Assembly (NCBI GenBank): GCA_963693365.1
Contig: CAVNZM010000008.1
Location: forward strand, 5,962,830-6,026,829
Source of the DNA: Amoebidium appalachense
Taxonomy: Eukaryota > Protista > Ichthyosporea
Length of the DNA: 64,000 bases
Direction: 5' to 3'
The notes beneath the pieces were generated by a model. That model did no database searches and was not told where the DNA came from. It was given only the letters and a program-made list of their open reading frames with translations. The translations under genes were made by a program, and so were the position numbers. This document shows, in pieces, positions 41,125-64,000 of this stretch (position 1 is its first letter; each line of letters opens with the position of its first letter).

Positions 41125-42178
41125 ACACATGCACACACACACACACGTACACACGTACAGGGGGTAAGCGTGATGAGGAACTCATTCTTCCCATCAATTC
41201 CTCTCTGAGTGCCTCCCTCCACCAGGACCAACTAAAGACCACCACCACTGTTGTTGCGGACTCAAGTTTCACAGAGGATAGGATTTGGCTCAATGGAAAG
41301 TATGTGCATGCAAGATTACATGTAGTTATGTAGGATAACATAGGACACACGGACATGTGCGCACCGCCGCACACACACAGTTGCACGCACGCACACATAC
41401 ACACACACCACATACACACCACACATACAGACACACACACATGACACATCCCATCACTCCTGCCCACCCCTCTCTCCATAGCCCCCCCCCCCGCCCCCGG
41501 TGTGCCCCGCTTGCTTCTCCCCATTACATAACCATCTGCACCGTTGCTGTACACTTTTGTGGTCTAGACTAAGTCGTTATTATCTGCTGTTTTCAAAGAA
41601 AGTACCACCAATCCTTCCCCTCCCCCCTCCCCCCCCCCCACCCCCCCCCCCCCTCTCCCCCCTTCCTCCACGCTCCCCCTACTCCCCTCGGGCCACCGCA
41701 TGCCCCTGATCAACTTACTGACCGCTACCACACCTTCTTCTCCCTCTCCAACATGTTCTTTCGACAAAACTGTAAAAACGTATTCCTTTTATCTTTGCCA
41801 TGGTTCTCCGTGCATTCACCCCACCACCCCTTTCTAACTGCCACCTCAACAGGGAGGAAAAGATTTCCAACCCACGCCTTCAGAATGTGCTCCGTGAGAG
41901 TATGCCCCCCCCCCCCCCCCCCCCTTTCCCCACTAGCCTCTCTGGCCGACAACCCCCCAATCCTCTCCCCTTCCCCCCTCCGCCCCTTCCCCCTTCCGTC
42001 CCCCCCCCCCCCCCCCCCCCCCTCCCCCCCCCCCCCCCTCATTTCAATGTTGCACGCTTGGTTTGTGTTATAATCCCTTCGTTAGTTTGTGTTTCCTAGT
42101 GTGTCCGTCAACCTATACCCCCCCCCCCCCCCCCCATTTTTCCTCCCTTCCTCCCCGTCCACCTTTGCTCACCCCTCC

Positions 42179-42265
<87 letters not shown>

Positions 42266-42477
42266 TTGCCCCCAGTGTGAAAGCATGAACACACAATCAG
42301 TACCAAAGATTAAATGCACACAAATTCATACAGACACCCAGACATGGGGTGGTGACTCTCGCATATTGCCCGCCAGCACATTACACACCGTGCACACATG
42401 AAGGCATGCACCATGTACATCCTGAAAATGTACACCAACACATTACACAAACACATTTATAGCACTGTGGCTCATGG

Positions 42478-42508
<31 letters not shown>

Positions 42509-43493
42509 CACAAGCAAATCTGCTTGTTGCGGCTACAAGTATTCACTAGACCTCTCCTTTTCTTTCTCACTCTCTCTCCCCCCTCCCCCCCTGCCCCTCC
42601 CTCCCCCTGGCGCCGCCCGGCCCCTGCTCCCTCTCCTCTCTTTCTCCCCATCTCTCTCTCCCTCTTCCCCCCCCCCCCCCCTCGTATATACGCGGGCTAA
42701 GGGGTCGAAACTCAGACGCAATTGATGACTTGGGCCCTCCCTGAGGATGGGCTCTGCTTATGACGCATACTGTGCGCATGGCTGATGCTGCATAGTTGAA
42801 TGTTTGCCTTTGCATGTGTCCTGCACCATGCTTCTCATCGTGTATGCGTACTTCGTACTGTGTTCCGCATTCAAACCCCCCCCCCCCCTCCCCCTTCTTT
42901 AACCCCCGGCCTTTCCCACTGCCCTTGCCTGCATAAGCAACCCTGCTCGTCTCTGATCAAGACGGGTGACCTACCCATGTTCAAGTGAAACAGTATCTGA
43001 GTTGGGTTTCGTTAACGAGGTGAATAGGTCGAAACTCGGGTACTGGGGATTACGTGGGCCCCCCCTGAGGATGGGCTCTGCTTATTATGCATACTCTTTA
43101 TGTATGGCTTGCATTCTGCATCGTGTTATCCGTTTGTTCTTGTGTACTTCGTACTTTTTGACGCATTCAAAAACCCCCCTTCTTTTCCTTCCTTCCATCC
43201 CTTCCTTCATCCCTTCCTCCCTTCCTTCCTCCCGCTCTCCCTTCCCCTTTACTTCCCACCCTTTCCCGTTGGTTCTAACAAACCCCCTTCCACCCCCGCA
43301 GTCCGTTCACGTGCCTTTGCCACTGCCACCACTGATGAGCAGAGAGAACTAGCAGCATGCAAGGTGCACATAGTGAGTGTCAACAACTTCCCGACTGCTG
43401 CTGGTCTGGCTTCATCGGCTTCAGGATATGCATGTCTGGGTATGCCTTGTTCACCTTCCTTCCCCTTCGCCCCCCTCCCCCTGCCCCTCCTTC

Positions 43494-43528
<35 letters not shown>

Positions 43529-43674
43529 CCCCACCCCCCTCCTCGCCCACTCTAAAAGCTTGTATAGATATTTATGTACTCGTATCCCCCCTCTCCTCCT
43601 TTCCTGTAACCGCCCCCCTCCCCCTCCTTCCTCCCCCTCCTTCCTCCCCTACACAACACGCACACAAGCCTCCC

Positions 43675-43714
<40 letters not shown>

Positions 43715-43773
43715 CTGCTTCAACCCACCCACCTGCCTGCAGCCATCCACACATTGCCCCCCTTCCCTTCCTT

Positions 43774-43818
<45 letters not shown>

Positions 43819-45010
43819 ACACCCACCTTACCCACACACACATTCCCATCCCACCCACCACCACCCTTCCCACCTACCCCACCCGGCCTCACCGCTCACC
43901 ATCCCCCCCCCCCCCCCCTCCCCCCTTCCCTCAACAGTGTTCACGCTTGCCACCCTTCTTGGAGTCGACACAGACACTGTTTCTTCCGTTGCCCGTGTCG
44001 GGTCAGGCAGTGCATGCCGGTCCATGTACGGCGGATGGGTCAAGTGGGTGAGGGGGGAGCAGAAGGATGGGCTGGACTCGGTGGCCGTGCAGACACACGG
44101 GGAGGGGCACTGGGACGACATGCAGATACTTATCTTGGTGGTAGGTTTTTTTTTTCCCTCTTCCTTTCTTGTGTTTATTTTTTTGTGGGGGGAGGGTGGG
44201 TGGGGGGGGGGGGGGGGGGGGACCCATCACTTTCCCTCCCCCGCACATCCTTTTCTTACTTCATAGCTCTCCCCCGCCCCTCCCCTCTCCTCCTCCCCCT
44301 CGTCCCTCCCCCCCCCCCCCCCCCCCCCCCCCCCCTTACTTCCATGCAACCGGGCATGGTTGCTCTGTGTCGTGCATCTGTAAGCACATACGCGTTTTTC
44401 GCTGCACTGCATTAGTTTACACACACATCTTCACCGTTCTGCTCACCTTGCTTGCATAAGCAACCCTGCTCGTCTTTGATCAAGACGGGTTGACCCACCC
44501 AAGTTCAGTTGATGCTGCTGTCTGAGTTGGAGCGTCGTATATACGCGGGCTAAGGGGTCGAAACTCAGACGCAATTGATGACTTGGGCCCTCCCTGAGGA
44601 TGGGCTCTGCTTATGACGCATACTGTGCGCATGGCTGATGTTGCATACTTGAATGTTTGCCTTTGCATGTGTCCTGCACCATGCTTCTCATCGTGTATGC
44701 GTACTTCGTACTGCGTTCCGCATTCAAACCCCCCCCCCCCACCCCCCCCCCTCCAACCTCCACAAGAATTCTTCCCCCCAGTATGGTGTTGTTGTTTTGC
44801 CGTGAGCTGTCTTTTTCCTTGTCAATCCGCCACTCCGTGCTCGAAACCCTACACACAAACACACACAGACACACCACACACACATCTCAAGTTTTAAGTG
44901 ACCTCCCACGAGTTTTTTCCCCAGTCTTGTATTCTTCGGGTGGGAAAGGGGTGCAGTGGAAAGTTCAGACAGTTGCTCCGTTTTACATTTGTGTTTGTTT
45001 TATGCATGCA

Positions 45011-45071
<61 letters not shown>

Positions 45072-45777
45072 CTCGGGCTCTCGTATTATGCAGACGCTTT
45101 GTGTGACGTGAATGTGTGCTCGTACTCTGTAGTACATTTTTATCTCCCCCCCACCCCCCTCCCCCCTCTTCCCTGCTGCCCTCGTTTTCTGCCCTCCATT
45201 CAACCCCACGGCCTCTCGTTCCCTCCCCCTTCCCCCTCCCTATCTACCAAACCCCCCCACCCCCAACTCCCCATCCCTCAACCCCGCTCCCCCTCCTTAC
45301 TCTTCCAGCAGTGTCTTTCTCAAGCAAGAAAAGTAATGTGGGGGGAGGGGGGGGTGGGGGGGGGGGGAGGGGGGGGAAGGGAGGGAGGGGGGAATTTATT
45401 TCTTTTTCAGGGGTATGTATGGGGTATAATGTGGAGGGAGGGGGGGGGGGGGGGGGGGGGGGGACGGGGACGAGGGGAGTAACAGGTTACTATAGTGACC
45501 AGAATAATGAGGTGTTTCAGTTTTTGATGATTGAGGCCCACCTGGCGAAGGAATTTTATTCGATGCATATCGTATATTTGTAATCTCAACCACTTCCTAT
45601 TGGCTACAGGTCAGCGACCACAAGAAGGGCACCAGCAGCACGTCCGGAATGGAGACGAGCGTGCAGACCAGCGACCTAATTATGGTAATCGGATTGCCCC
45701 GTCCAATCAAAATGCTCCATATTCCTCCCCCCCCCCCCCCCCCCCAACACACACACACACACACACACACTGTCCGT

Positions 45778-45812
<35 letters not shown>

Positions 45813-46067
45813 TCCGTCCCACACACACACACACGCACACACACACTGTCCGTCCCACACACACACACACACACACACAAAAATGAGTAATGAGGATTAG
45901 GCTCGACAAGAAATGCTCATGGAACAAATAGAAATCAGACATGCGCACGACACACAAACACATCCTGAGGATGGGCTCTAATTGGGATGCATACTCTTTG
46001 TTTGCATATAATCTGCCGGTGTTGTCATCTTGAATGTGTATTTTGGCTCTCTAACTCATACTTACCC

Positions 46068-46098
<31 letters not shown>

Positions 46099-46616
46099 GC
46101 ACCGTGCAAACAGTGTTGTGCCGCAGCGACTTGCGGCAATCGAGCAGGCCATCACGGACAGAGACTTTGAGACCTTTGGCCGTATCACCATGCAGGTGAG
46201 ATATGCTGAATGAGATATATCAGGGTGGATATACCTGTGTGGATATACCTGTGTAGATTTACCCATTACACACATTACTGATACTAAACACACTTGTATA
46301 CTCGCACATAAACACACCCACGGAGACGGACGAATGCGCGCACGCACACACATACACATGCATGCATGCATGCACGAACATATACATCCACACACCAGCG
46401 CGCGCGCGCGCGCACACACACACACACACAAACCTGACTTCCAGGAACCCATATCACTGCCCCAGCTTCCATCCTCTCCACCCTTATACTATTCAATGAA
46501 CTCTTCCCAGCGCATAAGTTTATCTGCTTCTGTTTTATTTCCATTTCCATCGTTGCAATGTTGCACTTCGCCTTCTCTCCTTCTCCCTTCCTCGTGCATG
46601 AGGCATCACGTCATCC

Positions 46617-46670
<54 letters not shown>

Positions 46671-47112
46671 CCCTCCCCCGGCGCCCACTACCAAACCACA
46701 CACAGACACAGCACCACCAGTTCTACCCATCACTTGCTACTTTTACGTGTCAAATGTTGCTATCCCGTGTCCATTACACACTCATTACTAACCCCCCCCC
46801 CCTCCCCCCCCCCCCCTCCCCCGCTCCCTCCCCTCCTCCCTGCTAAAATGCCTTATCCTTGCACAACGGTTTTGGTTTTCGTTACTGTTTTTATTTTGTA
46901 GAACCCAAATACCTTCCAATCCATGTTTGCAACATTTAAACACCCCTCTTCCTACCCTCACCCCACCCTTCACCCCACCCCACCCAAGCCCCCGCCCCCA
47001 CCCATCCACCCACACATATGCACCCATCCTCCCCCTCTTGCTTCCATTGTCATCATCCACTTTATACATACTCCCCCCCCCCCCCCCCCCCCCCCCCCCT
47101 CTCCCCCCCCCC

Positions 47113-47162
<50 letters not shown>

Positions 47163-47745
47163 ACCACCACCACTACCACCACCACCATCCTCCACACACA
47201 TACACACACACGGACTCGCATGCGCTTTGCCGAATCGGCTTTGTGTTGCCGTTTTGATTTATGTACTTCGTACTATCGAACATATTCTAACATCCTCCCC
47301 CTTCCCCCCTTCCCCCCCCCCCCCCCCCCCCTTTTTTTTTTTCTTTCTTCTTCAGGATTCCAACCAGTTCCACGCTGTGTGCCTGGACACGTACCCCCCC
47401 ATCTTCTACATGAATGATCTGTCACGGCAGATCGTGAGCCTCATCACACAGTACAACCAGGCGGCTGGCAGGGTTAAGGTGGGGGTCTGAACGGAATTTT
47501 TATGGGATCTGTTTTTCAAGTAACTGTCTGCGCTCTGATCAAAGACACCTGTTGATGTCTAGTTGCTTTTTGTTTATTATTTGTTATTTGTTTATTTGTA
47601 ATTATTATTTATTATTTGTTTATCATTATTATTTTTATTATTGTTATTCTTGTTTTGTTTTTTTCTTCTTTTTTTTTGGGGGGGGGGGGGGGCTAAACTG
47701 GATGCAATGGATTGTTTGCAACCACAATCATCTAACCACGTTGAG

Positions 47746-47791
<46 letters not shown>

Positions 47792-48139
47792 CCGCCGCCC
47801 CCGTGGCCGTTTCTCCCCGGGCACTTTTACAGCCCCCATACGCACACCCTTGCCCTCGCATACACGAGCACATACACATACGCAATGGACCAACGATAAA
47901 CTTTCAACTTGCTATCATATCACGAAGAAGCTCAGAAAGTAGCGGGATCAAATAACACGAGGGAGATCCCGTTGCTTGAATACACATTGTGGCTATCCCT
48001 TTTCACATAACCCGCTACAGAATAAAACACTCCTGGATTGGTTTTGTAACACTTCATTGCAGACATATGCAGATGAACACGGACAGCATCCTCCACTTCT
48101 TCTCCTTCCTCACATGCAAACACTAACCCCTCCCCCCCC

Positions 48140-48172
<33 letters not shown>

Positions 48173-48212
48173 ACACACACACCTTCACACACAGCGCAGG
48201 CATGCACGCGCG

Positions 48213-48269
<57 letters not shown>

Positions 48270-48338
48270 CATAGCATCGTTTTGTTCCGAATGTACCCTT
48301 ATGCGCACAAGTTTGCCCAAGCACACGTACACACACGC

Positions 48339-48379
<41 letters not shown>

Positions 48380-49424
48380 CACACAGGCGGCCTACACCTT
48401 TGATGCGGGCCCAAATGCAGTCATCTATGCGCCCAAAGAGAACATGGCCGAAGTGCTCTCCCTCGTCTCACACTTTTTCCCCCCGGCAGACCCAAGCTCG
48501 TAAGTTGCCCTCCCTCCTCCCCCCCCCCCCCCCCCCCCCCCCCCCGTCCTCCCCCCTTCCCCCCTCCCCCTCCTCCTTCACCCTTCCCCCCCTCCAACAT
48601 AGGCACAAACACATGCACTCACGTTAATGGTATGACTCCGGCAATGAAACGAGGTTTAGAAAAACGAATCCATTTGTCGATGCCTTCATGAAGTTGCTTC
48701 CCGTAACCCCCTTCCCCCCCCCCCCCCCCCCCCCCCCTTCCCCCCCTTTTCTCCCTCTCCCCCTTGCCCCCTCTAGCCTTTCCTCTCCCTGAAGCACGCG
48801 AGAGAGCTCAGAAGAGCTCAACCACTCTCGTTGGTAGAAGCATAAACCCCAACCCCCAGATGATCTGTTCTGTTTAATAATCTTTTATACGTGCAATTGT
48901 TTGGCTTTTTGATGCCTTTTTTGTGTTGTAACTGTAGGGTTTTGCTCGTCTGTTTCCCACCCTGAATACATGCAGTTCTTCCCCCCCACCCCTACCCCCT
49001 TACCCATCCTTCCCCTACCTACCCACACACACAAGCACAAGCACATTATAACACGTACAAATAGGGGTTGTTTTGTCCGTCGGGAATGTGTACATTGCAC
49101 TCAGGAGCTCATTCTAACTCCGCCCCCCTCCCCCTTCCCCTTCCCCTTCCTCCCCCCCCCCCCCCCACACACACCCCAAACACACACATCCCTCCCCTCC
49201 CCCCCCCTCCCCGCCCGCCGCCACCACACACACACGCACAGGTTCTACCGCGGGCTTCTTTCGAGCCCCCCACCCCCCCTAGTGCCGAACTGCTGTCCGG
49301 AATTAAGGTGATCCCCCAACCGGACAGCCTGCAATATGCACTTTTGACCAAACCGGGTCCAGGACCAACCAAAATCGACGATTCTTTCTCTCTGGTGGGG
49401 TCTGATGGCACGCCTAAGAAATAA
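39582..49424 (+). CDS. MVD: Diphosphomevalonate decarboxylase, 10 exons: 39582-39639, 41161-41299, 41853-41899, 43302-43439, 43938-44140, 45610-45684, 46100-46195, 47356-47478, 48387-48499, 49242-49424
   Basis: [72 protein letters not shown] and [11 protein letters not shown], with GT-AG introns. There is an apparent 1-nt excess in a poly-C run in the last exon. Confidence 0.95.
42682..44730. repeat. Dispersed intronic repeat family in MVD (near-identical ~190 bp at 42682-42875 and 44535-44728; partial copies at 42925-43110, 44445-44530, 45962)
   Basis: Shared GGTCGAAACTCAGACGCAATTGATGACTTGGGCCCTCCCTGAGGATGGGCTCTGCTTATG. Confidence 0.8.
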
Positions 49425-51216
49425 AATTTGTTGTGTTGCGTGTATGACTTTTAAGTTTGGCTCTTTTTTTATTTTAAAGGGGGGTTTCCGGTCTTTTTTC
49501 AAGATCTTTTGGGGGTTTTTTATTTTTCGTTATGATACCTGACGCTCTCCGTGTGATCAAGCAATAGAAGATGGGCTGGTTGTGAGTCTGTAGTGATACT
49601 GTGGGGTTCCTTACATGACTGCCCGTACTCGCATGCACACACACACACACACACACACAAGCATGCACACACACACACACACACACATGCACACACACAA
49701 ACACACGAGCACGCTAGCACGTGTTGATGTGTTAGTAGTCACCTGCACTCTCATTACATGTTTAGTTCTGCAAACATATTTTCCCCCAACATTATAGATA
49801 GCAAGCAACAAATGGAAACTAATCGCAACACTTGGCACTGCTGTTTCTGAGGGTGTACCGGTTTTGGTAAAATGTGGCTGTAAATCCTGCTCTAACCAAG
49901 CATATGTCTGCGATAAGTAGTAAGTATCACTGCAGTTTGAATTGGCGAACTTGAAAAAACATATAGAAAGGGTGTAGCTTAATGCTCGCAGGCTGGGCCT
50001 GTTAAAGCAGTCAGGCTGTATATCATAATCTTAAGTGAACAGGAAACGTATACTTTTCATTCTTTTCTGCCGGCAACTGGAGTCCCCGGCCGTCTCATTC
50101 AAGCTAGATCTAGCTATGTGCTTGACTGGCTGTTTATGCTTGCGGTTGTCGGCATTCCAAGCTCCCGCGGCCGTGGACTTTGGTGGGGGGGGAGGGGAGG
50201 GGGGGGGGGGGGGGAGACGTACGTAAATACGTCACACGGCCCTATAGAGGCCCGATCAGGAAGTTAAGGTGGCCACGCCAAATGATTAGCAAAGGGGGGA
50301 AGTGGGAATATGAATATATCGTGGCAGCGTCACATTCGCATACACGCATCCCCCCCCCCCCTCCCCCCCCCTCCCCCCTCCCCGCCCGCGGCAGCCCTTT
50401 CCCCCTTCTCACACACGTGTACGCACATGCGCACAAGGTATTTTCATGCACACAGACACACACATGTACACCGTGCACCACACACCACACACACCACATA
50501 GACACAGACACAGACACAGAAACACCGTGCACACAAACGCCGTGTTACATACATCCACTGCAAACACACCCTTAAGTAGTTATAACAATGGCTTCTGCCG
50601 TTGGTCCTTTCTTTTTTTTTTACGTCAACATGTGGGTATGCCACACCGGTGCCATCACCACAACCATGAACATCAATATTATACATTCGTATCAAATAAG
50701 CCAATCATCAACAGTGCGTGCATCTACATTTTAGCCAGTAACTAATCTACACATATGTACATGGTAGACTATCTTTTGTTCTACAATGTTTTTCGAACCA
50801 GAAGAGAAAGACTGATATTCAAGCTAGATGACTTTTGCACCATAGCAATGACAAGGGGACATACCGAAGCAAAAACCAGTCTGAGAGTGATACTAGTAAC
50901 TCATCTCTGTGCCTCGCGTTGGGGAATCAAAATGTGGGAAGAGGGTGTGTGTTCGTGCGTGGGTGGGGTAGAAAAGGGTGGTGGTGGTGGTGGTGATAGT
51001 GGTGGTGGTGGTCTGTGTGTGTTTGGGGGGGAGGGAGGGGGAGACCAAAAAGAGTTTAACCACAAATATCGGTACACTTAACAGTGTGAAGTAGAGAAGA
51101 GGAAAATGAAATCAATCAACTGATAAGTATACTCTATGGCACAGTAATCGTGATTAACATGACCATATTCAGCCTCTGTACACTAAAGCATCCATATTTA
51201 GCACACGTGCCTATTT

Positions 51217-64000
<12,784 letters not shown>

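Noticed and set aside
49242-49424. MVD as a pseudogene because of a frameshift in the last exon
   Set aside because: The shift falls in a C homopolymer (49267-49279) of an otherwise intact essential gene, so it is most likely a sequencing error.

Overview
Eukaryotic genomic window with two compartments. From <1 to ~17.2 kb is a gene-dense, intronless block that looks like an endogenous large-DNA-virus (NCLDV/Polinton-like) region. It encodes a fibre-like repeat protein broken by a 22-nt insertion, a Cys-repeat PD-(D/E)xK nuclease, a class-III PLP aminotransferase, a Fic protein, a patatin, a second PD-(D/E)xK nuclease, a C2H2 protein, an SF3/D5-like helicase followed by a TAGACA-iteron/AT-rich candidate origin, a double-MYND protein, a GIY-YIG (T5orf172-like) protein and small membrane proteins. 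Its cargo genes are separated by recurring intergenic modules, including an apparent filled-site/empty-site pair. From ~17.3 to 34.6 kb lie a spliced, minisatellite-laden KDM4-like JmjN/JmjC histone demethylase gene (minus strand; the ORF track shows only its fragments), a coiled-coil ORF, tandem repeats and an intact Ngaro/PAT-type tyrosine-recombinase retrotransposon with split direct repeats. A TTAA-flanked 4.5-kb TIR element follows. The rest is ordinary intron-rich host DNA with poly-G/poly-C and (CA)n introns, carrying a 10-exon diphosphomevalonate decarboxylase (+) and a NUB1-like UBA gene (-) with MITEs in its introns. No capsid, DNA polymerase or packaging ATPase gene is recognisable in the window, so the virus class is an inference.
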